This document shows positions 49,201 to 58,660 of a stretch of DNA of 64,000 nt, piece by piece. Both the position numbers and the translations under genes were made by a program. The notes below the pieces were generated by a model. That model was not told where the DNA came from and did not search any database. It saw only the letters and a program-made list of their open reading frames with translations. Source of the DNA: Candidatus Daviesbacteria bacterium (GTDB taxonomy: Bacteria > Patescibacteriota > Microgenomatia > Daviesbacterales > UBA10151); contig JACPKP010000009.1 in NCBI GenBank assembly GCA_016186955.1, positions 97,595-161,594 on the forward strand, given 5' to 3'. Each line of letters opens with the position of its first letter. The stretch's first letter is position 1.

Positions 49201-50124
49201 CCCCAAGGGTCTGTACATACGGTTTCGGTTTACGCTTATGACCAAATGGGTAATCGTGGGTTTTCTCCGGTTGTAAGCTTTAGAAACAGGGATTTTATTG
49301 CACCGATTGTTAAAATTAGCGCACCGGCCGATAATTCAACTGTATCCGGTATAATTAATCTGGCAGTTGATGCTTCGGATAATGTCGGGGTTACAATGGT
49401 TGACTTCTTGGTTAATGGAGTTGTGGTAGCCCGAGACTCCATTGCACCTTTTGAGGTAAGCTATGATACCACCATTCTTGATAAAGGGAGTTCCTATATG
49501 ATTACTGCAAATGCATATGATGCCAACAGTAATATGGGTTTATCCCAACCGGTAACCTTTAAGGTTGCTGACATAACACCCCCCACAGTTGCAATGACCA
49601 ACCCTTTAAACAATTCCAATATTTCCGGACTAATAAACTTGACTGCTGATGCAACAGATAATATTGGTGTAACCATGGTGGATTTTCTACTTGACGGGGT
49701 GGTAGTTGGTAGAGATTCAATCTCCCCTTATGCTTACTCCTGGGATTCAAACTATTCGGTTGGCCAACATACCTTATCTGCTAATGCATATGATGGGGCA
49801 GGCAATATGAAACCATCGGTGTCTGTCAATGTTACTGTTTTGGATGTCCAAGCCCCTGCAATCACTATCACTAACCCAACAAACAACAGTACCATCAAAC
49901 GAGGGTCAACTACAACTATTACCACAAATACTTCAGATAATGTCGGGGTTGCAAAAGTTGAGTTTTATGTAAATAACGCCTTAAAATGCACTGACACAGC
50001 TGCGCCCTATTCTTGCAACTGGTTAGTCCCTTCTAAACCAAATGTTGTATATACAGTTGTTGGTATTGCTTATGATGGTGCAGGCAATAACTCCGGTGTC
50101 TCGATAAAAACCACCTCAAAATAG
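46240..50124 (+). CDS. Secreted S8 subtilase with FN3, beta-jellyroll and six Ig-like (Big) repeats
   Basis: IIDTG, HGTHVAG, GTSMATP; six D.T.P.V....P...S repeats. Confidence 0.95.
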   Translation: MKTVKTIYTVFGCIILSFIVLNLNLFTPSAAAKSDRPKHASGELIIKMGVQGNIDDIKNKFRIKNSKNVLGKFNLNNDKIKKSGLDRLYKVEVDANEDVVNLSRQLQADSNIEYAEPNFEVSATVIPNDPSFSLLWGLNNTGQSGGKVDADIDAPEGWDINTNSSQLLVGIIDTGVGYNHPDLQSNMWVNQAELNGQPGVDDDGDGFVDDIHGYDFANNDPDPLDDHGHGTHVAGTIGAVGNNGIGVAGINWSAKIMAIKFLNSSGSGYIDGAVQALFYANMMGAKITNNSWGGGGYSQALADAISAADAGGNLFIAAAGNSAANNDLYPFYPASYTNKNVMAVAATDTSDNLASFSSFGATSVHMAAPGVSIYSTVPTGSCNLCNPSGYRYLSGTSMATPHVVGSAALIWAHSPLLTHDQVKAKLIATSDKMINLSDKSISGGRLNLLNNFEDDSTPPSPIADLQVAGSSYNSVTLSWAATGDDGNSGRADQYDIRFSTSQIDSLNFNSSQKMPNPPQPQTAGTAQTVVIKGLSEQTAYYFAIKSIDNMGNMSDISNIVSATTTVSRIVFDEDFEASPSGWVVEGSTGDASASGALWHLSERRFASPTHAFYYGREDTGTFDTGYRNWGNLISPVIDLSKISNPSLVFKHFLATENGAGYLVNYDRASVQLSGDGGLHWSEVMLKSSTGGSWMTENLDLSGFYSNSLMVRFSFDSVDSMLNYYEGWFVDDVKLIGSPDITAPTAKIISPADNSQVTATITIEADVSDDIGVTMVDFLVDGTVVAGDSTAPYMINYDTSQLAQGSSHVITANAYDAASNMGSSDPVNILIKDLTPPVVSLTAPAPNAYITGTVTMAADASDNVGVLKVDFMVDGNVYGSDATMPYSFDLNTSAFLQGTNHSISAYAYDEAGNLGFSSQINVKIKDVTVPTAYVTFPTEGAVVSGIINITADAADNIGVTMVDFLVDGVVVGRDSFAPYNFNFDTSFYPQGSVHTVSVYAYDQMGNRGFSPVVSFRNRDFIAPIVKISAPADNSTVSGIINLAVDASDNVGVTMVDFLVNGVVVARDSIAPFEVSYDTTILDKGSSYMITANAYDANSNMGLSQPVTFKVADITPPTVAMTNPLNNSNISGLINLTADATDNIGVTMVDFLLDGVVVGRDSISPYAYSWDSNYSVGQHTLSANAYDGAGNMKPSVSVNVTVLDVQAPAITITNPTNNSTIKRGSTTTITTNTSDNVGVAKVEFYVNNALKCTDTAAPYSCNWLVPSKPNVVYTVVGIAYDGAGNNSGVSIKTTSK

Positions 50125-50126
50125 TC

Positions 50127-52085
50127 TTACCAAAGAGCGGGATATTCTTGGGGGGGGATATACATTTGATCCCCTGGTTTAATACCGAAAGCTTCCACAA
50201 AATAAGGGATGATTGACAAAGCGGCATTAACTCGGACTTCACTGGGGGAATGAGGGTCAGTCTTATATCTTCTTTTGCGTTCTTCCAACCGCATAAGACC
50301 ACATTCAGTCCTGGCATAGCCGATAAAATATCTTTGTTCGGGTGTTAATCCGTCTATAATTTCATTTTCTCCTGTCCGTTTCTGGTATTTTTTGTATGCA
50401 GCAAATCCAATTGTTAAACCAGCTACATCACCAATATTCTCTCCCAGGGTATATTCAGCGTTAACAGGCACACCTTCAACTGAATATTTGCTGTAATGGG
50501 CAATAAAAGCTTTTGAGCCATTTTTAAACCCCTGCTTTACATTTTCCGGCCACCAATCCTGAAGTTTGCCGCTTACATCAAATTTACATCCCTGATCATC
50601 AACAAAATGGGTTAGCTCATGACCGGCGACAGAACCGAATGCCCCATAATTATAAGCCATATCAACGCTAGGATTAAAAAATACATCTTGCAATATTGCT
50701 GCCGGGAAAGTCATTTCCCTCATTTGATCCGCACAGGCATTGACAGTGGTAGGCGCCATGACCCATTGTGTCCAGTCAGCCGGTCCCCCGGCTTCCTTCA
50801 TTTTTCTTTTAAATTCAAACTCTTGAACATTTAAAACATTTTGTAAAAATAATCTTTTATCAATCTTTAGTGCAGAAATATCAATCCACTCATCGGGATA
50901 ACCTAATTTGAAATTAATATTATCGACTTTTTTATATACCAAATTTTTAGTATCTTCATCCATCCAACCTAAATCATTCACGCGGTCTTTAAAGGCGATT
51001 TTTACATCGTTTATTATTATATGTAATATTTTTTTTGACTCTTCAGAAAAGTGGCGCCCAACATATAAAGGACCCAAACTTTCGGTTAATATCCCCGACT
51101 GCATTGCTCCCACAACCTGTTTCCATAGAGGTTTTTGCTCTTTTAATCCCTGAAGGGTTCTACCATAAAAGTCGAATTTTTCAGAAGCAAAATCCTCGCT
51201 TAAATAACTTGCACTATTATTTATGATGTTCCATTTTAAATATAGTTTAATTGCTGAAATCTCTTTTGTTTGGAAAAGGTTATTAACTGTTGTAAAGAAT
51301 GCGGGCTGTTCAATTATAAAATTTTTGAGTTTAGTTGCGCCTATATTGTTTAAGTATTCTTCCCATCCGAAAGCAGAAAATTGAATTCTGGCTTTTTTGG
51401 GAGTATATTTATGATAGTTTTTATCAACTTCCCGCTCTAGTTCTTTAGGAATTGAGGCATTTGCAAGCTCCAGTTCCAGCCCATAAACAACTTCCATCAT
51501 CTTGCCGGCTTCTTCTTGACTATATCCTGCTTTTTTAAACATGGAAACAATATATTCCTGATACTTATCCCTGATTTTTTGCATATCTTTGCTATCCTCA
51601 AGGTAGTAATCTCTATCAGGCAATCCCAGGCCACCCTGATGGATAAAAAAGGTGCTTATATCTGGGTTTTTGTAATCTTTATAAACATAGGGGTTAAACA
51701 GTGGCCCGAAACCCAATGCATGTAATTTAGCTAAAACTCTAGCAACATCAGGGATTGATTTAATCTCTTCAATCTGATTTAGCAATTTGTTCAAAGGGAG
51801 AAGTCCTTCCTTGTTTCTGTTTTCAATATCCATACCACTGGTATAAAAATCACCTATTATTTGTGTGTTGCTGCCTTGTTTAAAATCCGGTGTTTTTTGC
51901 ATATCTTCGCAAATAAGCCTCAATTGATCCAATATTACATCCCTTAAAACATTAAAAGCCCCCCAGCTTGATTCTGAGGGGGGGATAGGGTTTTCGGCAA
52001 GCCACTTGCCGTTTACAAACATAAAAAAATCATCTTGCGGGGAGATTTGCATAATTTCTTTTTGCATGGGACTGATTCGTTCCAC
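50127..52085 (-). CDS. pepO: M13 metallopeptidase (PepO/neprilysin family)
   Basis: DDFFMFVNGKW, VNA, HELTH, ENIGD, DPHSP. Confidence 0.93.
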   Translation of the reverse strand: MERISPMQKEIMQISPQDDFFMFVNGKWLAENPIPPSESSWGAFNVLRDVILDQLRLICEDMQKTPDFKQGSNTQIIGDFYTSGMDIENRNKEGLLPLNKLLNQIEEIKSIPDVARVLAKLHALGFGPLFNPYVYKDYKNPDISTFFIHQGGLGLPDRDYYLEDSKDMQKIRDKYQEYIVSMFKKAGYSQEEAGKMMEVVYGLELELANASIPKELEREVDKNYHKYTPKKARIQFSAFGWEEYLNNIGATKLKNFIIEQPAFFTTVNNLFQTKEISAIKLYLKWNIINNSASYLSEDFASEKFDFYGRTLQGLKEQKPLWKQVVGAMQSGILTESLGPLYVGRHFSEESKKILHIIINDVKIAFKDRVNDLGWMDEDTKNLVYKKVDNINFKLGYPDEWIDISALKIDKRLFLQNVLNVQEFEFKRKMKEAGGPADWTQWVMAPTTVNACADQMREMTFPAAILQDVFFNPSVDMAYNYGAFGSVAGHELTHFVDDQGCKFDVSGKLQDWWPENVKQGFKNGSKAFIAHYSKYSVEGVPVNAEYTLGENIGDVAGLTIGFAAYKKYQKRTGENEIIDGLTPEQRYFIGYARTECGLMRLEERKRRYKTDPHSPSEVRVNAALSIIPYFVEAFGIKPGDQMYIPPQEYPALW

Positions 52086-52161
52086 CGGGTCAGTATATGT
52101 TAAGGGGATAAAAAAATCAACGCTATTGCATCCGGGGGTTGGATAAATTTATACTCGGGAT

Positions 52162-53481
52162 GTGGAATTCCCCAAGGGTTTTTTGTTTGGCAGTTCGGTA
52201 TCCCCATATCAGGCAGAAGGTAATATCACCGGGGAGAGAAAAACAGATTGGGATGTTTATCTAAAAAAACACCCTGAAAAAAATTTAAATTCTTCTGATG
52301 GAATAGGACCAAACTGGTGGACTTTTCCTGTTGCTGAAAGTGATTTTGAAAGGCTTCATGACCTTGGTTTAAATGCCCAAAGATTGGGGTTTGAATGGGC
52401 CAGAATTATGCCTGAGCAAGGCAAAATAGATACAAGTTCTATCAAAAGATACCGTAAAATGCATGATTGCTTAGTCTCACTGAAGATGGTCCCTGTTTGG
52501 ACCCTTAACCATTTTACGCTGCCATATTGGGTGGCAGAATTTGGAGGATGGGAAAATCCACAAATAGTTGCAGAATTTAAAAAATATACAGAAATTATGG
52601 TTTATGAATTTGGGGATGTGACGGACTGGATAACAATCAATGAACCAAATCAGATTGTTGATATGGGTTATATTTTTGGCAGCTGGCCCCCCGGTAAAAA
52701 ATTCCGTTTTGATAAACTCCCCTTTCTGCTGAAAAATTTATCAGCCGCACACAAAAATTCATATGAAATTATTAAAAAAAATATTCCCAACTCAAAAATT
52801 GGAGTTGCAAACGCTGTAAAGTTTTTAAAACCTTTCAACCCAAACTCATTTTTGGATCGGAAAGTTACTGAAATTGCAAATTATCTAGAGAATAATAAAT
52901 TGATTGATTTGAGTAAAGACTACACGGATTTTATTGGCTTGAATTATTACCACAGTTATTTATTAAAATTTAATCCGACTTTAAAACTAACCTTGAGAGA
53001 TGATGCAGAAGGGGTGGTAAAGACAGCTCCGTTTTTGGAGACAGTAAAACCGGAGGGGTTGATTTCTGATGCGGGATGGCCGATTACCCCTGAGTTATTT
53101 CATGAACTGTTACTAAACATATATAAAAAATATAAAAAGCCGATTATGATTACTGAAAACGGAATTGCGGATCAAGAAGATAAACTGGGTGCATTTTATT
53201 TTTTATCTCATTTAAGTTCAGAGGCAAAAGCAATTCAAAAGGGGGTTGTAATAAATGGCCATTTTTGTTGGTCATCGGTCGATACAGAAGAATGGATGTT
53301 AGGTTATAAGTATAAATTTGGGTTGATTGGATTAAACTATGTGACAGAAGAAAGAGAAGTAAGAAACCGGGCTAAGCTTTATGGTGAGATTGCAACAACA
53401 GGCAAACTGGATGTACAAAAGTTGTCAGAAAAATATTTAACATTGGAACAAAAACGGGTTTTGGGTAAAATATATTCATGA
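52162..53481 (+). CDS. Glycoside hydrolase family 1
   Basis: FPKGFLFG, YQAEG, TINEP, ITENG. Confidence 0.93.
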   Translation: MEFPKGFLFGSSVSPYQAEGNITGERKTDWDVYLKKHPEKNLNSSDGIGPNWWTFPVAESDFERLHDLGLNAQRLGFEWARIMPEQGKIDTSSIKRYRKMHDCLVSLKMVPVWTLNHFTLPYWVAEFGGWENPQIVAEFKKYTEIMVYEFGDVTDWITINEPNQIVDMGYIFGSWPPGKKFRFDKLPFLLKNLSAAHKNSYEIIKKNIPNSKIGVANAVKFLKPFNPNSFLDRKVTEIANYLENNKLIDLSKDYTDFIGLNYYHSYLLKFNPTLKLTLRDDAEGVVKTAPFLETVKPEGLISDAGWPITPELFHELLLNIYKKYKKPIMITENGIADQEDKLGAFYFLSHLSSEAKAIQKGVVINGHFCWSSVDTEEWMLGYKYKFGLIGLNYVTEEREVRNRAKLYGEIATTGKLDVQKLSEKYLTLEQKRVLGKIYS

Positions 53482-54347
53482 ATTTTCATACGCCGGTTTT
53501 GGTTGATGAAGTTATTGACTACCTGAATATCCAAAAAGGTTGTTGGTATATTGATGCTACTTTGGGTGGGGGAGGACATACCTGTTTAATTTTAGAAAAA
53601 GGAGGGAAGGTTTTGGGGATTGACCAAGACCCGCAAGCAATATTGGAGGTTGCCAAAAAATTCAATCAAGCGATAGCAGAAAAAAGATTAATTCTCAATC
53701 AAGGTAATTTTGCTAATATAAAGAAAATAGTGAATGATGAAACTATTTCTGGAGTACTTTTTGACCTGGGAGTTTCGTCCTACCAGTTGAGTAGTTTGAG
53801 GGGATTTAGTTTTAGCAAAGATGCCCCGCTTGATATGAGGATGGATCCGAAAATTGGTGTGCAGGCTGCGGATTTGATAAATGGGTTGTATGAGGGTGAG
53901 TTGGCAGACCTTTTTGGGAGATTGGGAGAGGAAAAGTTTGCCAAAAAAGTTGCCGGAAAAATTGTTGAAGAGAGAAAACTGAGAAAGATTGAAACCACCA
54001 AACAACTGGCTGACCTGATAATTTCAGTCAAACACAGAAGGGTACATGACAAAATCCACCCTGCAACCCAGGTTTTTCAGGCGTTAAGGATTGCTGTCAA
54101 CGATGAGTTGAATAATTTAAAAATTGCATTACCTCAAGCGCTGAATGTTTTGGGAAAAGAAGGCAGACTTTTGGTAATCAGTTTCCATTCCCTGGAAGAC
54201 AGGATTGTTAAGAATTTTTTCAGGGTGATGGAGGATAAAGGTATGGTGAAAATATTAACAAAAAAACCAATCACCCCCAGTGAAAATGAAATTTTATCAA
54301 ATCCAAGAAGTAGAAGCGCTAAACTCAGAGCGGTTGAGAAGATTTAA
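53478..54347 (+). CDS. rsmH: 16S rRNA m4C1402 methyltransferase
   Basis: HTPVL, DATLGGGGH, DLGVSS, FHSLEDR, SAKLR. Confidence 0.97.
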   Translation: MNFHTPVLVDEVIDYLNIQKGCWYIDATLGGGGHTCLILEKGGKVLGIDQDPQAILEVAKKFNQAIAEKRLILNQGNFANIKKIVNDETISGVLFDLGVSSYQLSSLRGFSFSKDAPLDMRMDPKIGVQAADLINGLYEGELADLFGRLGEEKFAKKVAGKIVEERKLRKIETTKQLADLIISVKHRRVHDKIHPATQVFQALRIAVNDELNNLKIALPQALNVLGKEGRLLVISFHSLEDRIVKNFFRVMEDKGMVKILTKKPITPSENEILSNPRSRSAKLRAVEKI

Positions 54348-54348
54348 G

Positions 54349-55149
54349 TCACGGATAAATTGCAGCGATGCCTGAGATATCGCCGTCAGTTAAAGTGTCT
54401 TTTTTAGTTTCCCACCTTGATCCATAACCATACATAGTGTTGTTTACATAAGCTGGGGCGTATGTGTCATCCAAACCCATCCAATGACCCAGCTCATGGG
54501 TCAAAATATCCTGGGTATCATAGGAATTTGGGTTGGCACAATCAGTGTTACTGCCGGACCAACTCCAGGGGTATTGTTTATTAAAAATAGTGTCTTCTTC
54601 GGCAACTTCATTGGTTGCGGTGTAGTACCAGGTGTAAGTAACAGCTAAAGCTGATTGGGATGTTCTCCCCCAGGCGATTATATTTTTACCGTCAAACGCT
54701 TTTCGGTTGATTGTTGTGTTTCCGATGTTGTTAAAAGTAACAGAATGACCAACGTTAGTAGCAGCCCAAGTAGCAAAAGCATTGTTTGCAATCATCACTA
54801 AGTTTGCACTCCCGATGCCCGAAGGTACACTGCCGAGGTTTAAATAGTAGTTCCAGGCGCCGTTTTTCAAATGCCATGGTGTTGCCGGAGTAACAGCTTG
54901 GGAGTTGATGTCTTGTGCATCCAGTCCGCAAGCAAGAGGAGCAGGAGTAGCGCTTGGTTGGGATTGAGGTTTTTGCTTATGGACAAAGACCCGCACCTTC
55001 ATATTGGGATGCTTGGGAACATTATAAACCCCGTCACGCTCAGGTATATCATTGTCGTTGCTAGAATTTTGTGCAAAAACAGGAAAAGCAGCATAAGCCA
55101 ATAGTACTGCCCCTGAAATTAAAGCTGCAAGTTTTGCTTTTTTGTTCAC
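54349..55149 (-). CDS. Secreted matrixin-like metzincin
   Basis: Signal peptide, HELGHWMGLDD, Met-turn TMYG. Confidence 0.85.
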   Translation of the reverse strand: MNKKAKLAALISGAVLLAYAAFPVFAQNSSNDNDIPERDGVYNVPKHPNMKVRVFVHKQKPQSQPSATPAPLACGLDAQDINSQAVTPATPWHLKNGAWNYYLNLGSVPSGIGSANLVMIANNAFATWAATNVGHSVTFNNIGNTTINRKAFDGKNIIAWGRTSQSALAVTYTWYYTATNEVAEEDTIFNKQYPWSWSGSNTDCANPNSYDTQDILTHELGHWMGLDDTYAPAYVNNTMYGYGSRWETKKDTLTDGDISGIAAIYP

Positions 55150-55186
55150 TTAGATTTTAATATGCTACTACAGAAAAATTAGAAGA

Positions 55187-55552
55187 TCAAGCACCAAAAA
55201 ATTTAATCAGATATGGAAGAAAAATCAATATCCCGATAACGGCTGCTGTGACTGAGGCAACCAAAACAGCGCCTGCTGCCACATCCTTGGCTTTTTTGGC
55301 AGCGGGGTGGGTGTCCGGGGTAAAAGAGTTAACAATCTCCTCAATAGCGGTGTTGGTAAGTTCTAGGCCAATGACCAACCCGATTGTCAAAACAATAACC
55401 GCCCAATCTTCCCTTGTCAATTTTAAAATTACACCAAGAATAATTACTACAAAAGCTGCGGAGAAATGGAATTTTAGATGAGGCTCATCCTTGGTAGCTG
55501 TCCAGATACCTTCCAGTGCATGTTTAAAAGAAAGTATGCTCTGTTTCCGCAT
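55187..55552 (-). CDS. dgkA: Diacylglycerol/undecaprenol kinase
   Basis: ELTNTAIE, AKDVAAGAV. Confidence 0.93.
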   Translation of the reverse strand: MRKQSILSFKHALEGIWTATKDEPHLKFHFSAAFVVIILGVILKLTREDWAVIVLTIGLVIGLELTNTAIEEIVNSFTPDTHPAAKKAKDVAAGAVLVASVTAAVIGILIFLPYLIKFFGA

Positions 55553-55558
55553 CCTGTT

Positions 55559-55981
55559 TTAAGTATACCAGATCTTTCTGCCCAAATCTGAAGTTTTTTC
55601 AAAGTGGATTTTTAGAGTAGAATCGGGCAGCAGTTTTTCAATTTTTTCCGCCCATTCAATTAGGATTAAATTGTCTTTGTCTTCTAAAATCTCCTTGATT
55701 CCGATACTTTTGATATCTTCAATGATGTCAAGCCGGTACAGGTCTATATGATAAAAAGTGCGTTGGGTTCCGGGTATTTTATGCTGTCTGATTAATACAA
55801 AAGTAGGGGAAATAATCTTTTCCTTAATGCCTAACCCTTTTGCAAACCCCTGGGCAAAGGTGGTTTTGCCTGAACCTAAATCTCCGGTTAGAGCCAAGAT
55901 ATCGCCCTTAAGTTTATATTTTTTAGCCAGATTTTGGGCGATTTTTTGAGTCTGATATGCAGAACTGCTTTTATGAACCAT
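55559..55981 (-). CDS. tsaE: tRNA threonylcarbamoyladenosine biosynthesis ATPase TsaE
   Basis: GDLGSGKT, SPTF, HIDLYR, IEW. Confidence 0.96.
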   Translation of the reverse strand: MVHKSSSAYQTQKIAQNLAKKYKLKGDILALTGDLGSGKTTFAQGFAKGLGIKEKIISPTFVLIRQHKIPGTQRTFYHIDLYRLDIIEDIKSIGIKEILEDKDNLILIEWAEKIEKLLPDSTLKIHFEKTSDLGRKIWYT

Positions 55982-55989
55982 AAAAATGG

Positions 55990-56202
55990 TTATTGATCAA
56001 ACGGAGGTGTGCGTTTTTGTGAAATACAATCTTTAATAATTTCTTCTTTGGTCCTTAGAGGCCTTCCGAGTTGTTGTTCTAAAGCATCAAATAACAGTTT
56101 ATTGATCTGTTCTGCTTCTTCCGGAGTGGGTGGCTCGACGGTTGCCAAAACTCCATCCCGCTGAGTTTTTAGTTGTGGTTCTTCTTCCATCATAGTATAC
56201 AT
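55990..56202 (-). CDS. Small hypothetical protein
   Basis: 70-aa ORF filling the gap in a minus-strand operon. Confidence 0.5.
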   Translation of the reverse strand: MYTMMEEEPQLKTQRDGVLATVEPPTPEEAEQINKLLFDALEQQLGRPLRTKEEIIKDCISQKRTPPFDQ

Positions 56203-56211
56203 ATTACCACA

Positions 56212-57357
56212 CTAGGCAGCTTTTTGCAATTTAGGGAGGATTTTGTCTTTTAGTTTGGGGTAAAAAAGTACACCTGCGCCGGAAACAAAAACCATTAAAC
56301 CTGCTCCCAGAAGCCAGAAGTTGGGTTTATTGTTTGATTTTTGCTCTTTGTCAGATGCTGTTATTACAGGGGTGGACGAATCCGTAGAGACTCCGGCGAC
56401 ACTGGCAGTGTTGGGGTAGTTAAATTTTGGGCTGGCGCCGGATTTTGCGGGGTTCGGAGAGGGGGAAGATGTGTTGACAGAACCGGCAAAATTTGGTTGG
56501 GATGGACTTGTGGATTTTTCAGGAGGGTTTCCGGTTATGTTTATAACAATTTCGTTGCTCCAGGCAGGTCCGGAACCGCTTTCCGTATACTTACCGGCTT
56601 TAAAAATATAATCTCCGTTGCCTGTAAAACCGTTGTCTTTGCCATCAGGCTTTATATCTAAACTACCATCCCAGAAACCCGAAGAACCGGTTGTTATCAG
56701 AAACTGGTCTAAATAACTGGCGCTATTTTTAACCCAACCGTTTGAAACCCGGGTCAAGCCAAAATAATTAGATGAACCCTCCTTAATAAAAGCTCCCTTT
56801 AAATAATATTTACTGTTTGGGTTTAACCCGGCGATGTGGATATTTACAGAAATACTATCTTGCAGAGTGATTGAAAGTTTTCCGGGAGCTATAGTAAAAA
56901 TGGGTGTATTTGATGGTGAGGGGGAAGGGGTGGGGGATGGTGCAATTGTGGAGGTTGGGGTTGGGGTGGGAGTGGAAGTGGGAGTAGGTACAGCCGTAGG
57001 CGTGGCAGATATAAGAGTAAACGACCAGACACTGCTCCAGTCACTGGCGGCTCCGCTAGAATCTTTGGCCCTCACCCTCCAGTACCATATTCCATCATTA
57101 AGGTTGGGAGAATAAGCAGTATTGCTGGTATAGTAATCTTTATCAGGCGAGCTGAAAAGCGTATTATCATCAACCTGGACTCTGTAGGGATTGGAGAAGT
57201 AAAGGGGGTAACTTGGAGATTGCCAGTTTAGAACAGGAGTTGTAACAATCGAACTGTCTGATGGGCTGAGCAACACCGGAGCTGAGATTGCAGATACCGG
57301 AATTGGAAATAAAAACAAAAAGCCTGTCAAAACTACCACCGCTAAACCTAATTTCAT
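56212..57357 (-). CDS. Surface protein: Ig/FN3-like domains, PT linker, C-terminal TM
   Basis: Signal peptide, WYWRVRA, (PT)n, C-terminal TM plus basic tail. Confidence 0.8.
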   Translation of the reverse strand: MKLGLAVVVLTGFLFLFPIPVSAISAPVLLSPSDSSIVTTPVLNWQSPSYPLYFSNPYRVQVDDNTLFSSPDKDYYTSNTAYSPNLNDGIWYWRVRAKDSSGAASDWSSVWSFTLISATPTAVPTPTSTPTPTPTSTIAPSPTPSPSPSNTPIFTIAPGKLSITLQDSISVNIHIAGLNPNSKYYLKGAFIKEGSSNYFGLTRVSNGWVKNSASYLDQFLITTGSSGFWDGSLDIKPDGKDNGFTGNGDYIFKAGKYTESGSGPAWSNEIVINITGNPPEKSTSPSQPNFAGSVNTSSPSPNPAKSGASPKFNYPNTASVAGVSTDSSTPVITASDKEQKSNNKPNFWLLGAGLMVFVSGAGVLFYPKLKDKILPKLQKAA

Positions 57358-57424
57358 ATTAAGGCAGTTTTTGCTATCCTACCATTTTTATACTGTATGT
57401 CAAATATGTTACAATAATTAAAGT

Positions 57425-57880
57425 ATGAGAGGATTATCGGTTAGTTCCTTAAGAGATAATGCTTTAGTGCAAAAACTGCAATTTTCATCTTCACATACAA
57501 GATTATATGCGGTGATCTTGACGGTTGCACTTGTGGCTGGTGTGGGTACAGGGTATGTCTTGGCCCGGGGCAATACTCAAACCACAAAAATACCTTCTGT
57601 TGTTCCGCAAGCTGCTAAAAGTGCACAATCAGATACACGGACATTTAGGGATTTTGCAGAAGGGAAGATTGAAAAAAAACCCGAGCCTAAAAATCAGGAA
57701 GTGTATAGTGAAGGAACGCACATGTTAATAAGGGATAAAGCTGTCCCTGTAGCGCTGACTTCATCTGTGGTTGACCTCTCTTTGTACGAGGGGAAATTTG
57801 TAAAAGTTTATGGAGAAACCCAAAAAGCCATCAAAGAAGGATGGCTTATGGATGTAGGGAAAGTGGAAGAAAAAAAGTGA
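57425..57880 (+). CDS. Single-TM protein with small OB-like domain
   Basis: TM, then EGTHML..LTSSVVDL..GKFVKVYG. Confidence 0.7.
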   Translation: MRGLSVSSLRDNALVQKLQFSSSHTRLYAVILTVALVAGVGTGYVLARGNTQTTKIPSVVPQAAKSAQSDTRTFRDFAEGKIEKKPEPKNQEVYSEGTHMLIRDKAVPVALTSSVVDLSLYEGKFVKVYGETQKAIKEGWLMDVGKVEEKK

Positions 57881-57892
57881 AAATAATTATAG

Positions 57893-57948
57893 TTTGTAAT
57901 TTTAACCTGCCCGTCCGGCAGGCGGGCTTTTGAATTTTACATTTTGAG
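57893..57948. repeat. TTTTnnn heptamer run interrupted by a 21-nt palindromic element
   Basis: TTTGTAA-TTTTAAC-[CTGCCCGTCCGGCAGGCGGGC]-TTTTGAA-TTTTACA-TTTTGAG. Confidence 0.75.
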
Positions 57949-57956
57949 CTTCCTTT

Positions 57957-58643
57957 ATGTCTATTAAATTTGAAAATGTCAGCAAAAAATTTGGTTTAAA
58001 CATCACTGCTTTGGAGGATATCAATTTGGAGGTTGGCGGGGGTGAATTCGTCTTTATTGTTGGCCCGTCAGGTGCAGGTAAATCTACTTTACTCAGGCTT
58101 TTAACGAAGGAATATTTACCCTCAACAGGTAAAATTTTAGTTGACGGGAAAGATATCGGCAAGATTAAATCCCGCGATATTCCGATGTACAGGCGCAAAA
58201 TAGGCTTCGTCTTCCAGGATTTTAAACTTTTGGATGATAGGACTGTTTTTGAACAAGTCGCCCTGGCCTTGGAAGTCAGGAATTTTGAAGAGGGTGAGGT
58301 TAAAAAAGAAGTTGAGAGAATTTTAAAATTGTTTGAGATTTGGGACAGGAGAAACCTTTTCCCCCCGCAACTCTCAGGAGGGGAGGCGCAAAGGACAGTA
58401 ATTGCCAGGGCAATGATCGGGAAGCCGGAATTATTACTGGCAGATGAGCCGACAGGTGATTTAGACCCTCAAACTTCCTGGGGGGTTATCCAGCTTTTAA
58501 ATGAGATCAATTCATGGGGGACGACAGTGATGATGGCTACCCATAATGTGGAAATTGTAAATACCTTAAAGAGAAGGGTAGTTTCAATCAAAAATGGTAA
58601 GATTACAAAAGACAAAAAAGAGGGAAAATATGAGATACATTAA
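57957..58643 (+). CDS. ftsE: Cell division ABC ATPase FtsE
   Basis: GPSGAGKS, VFQDFKLL, LSGGE, ADEPTG. Confidence 0.95.
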   Translation: MSIKFENVSKKFGLNITALEDINLEVGGGEFVFIVGPSGAGKSTLLRLLTKEYLPSTGKILVDGKDIGKIKSRDIPMYRRKIGFVFQDFKLLDDRTVFEQVALALEVRNFEEGEVKKEVERILKLFEIWDRRNLFPPQLSGGEAQRTVIARAMIGKPELLLADEPTGDLDPQTSWGVIQLLNEINSWGTTVMMATHNVEIVNTLKRRVVSIKNGKITKDKKEGKYEIH

Positions 58644-58660
58644 AAAAATTTCAAAATGAC

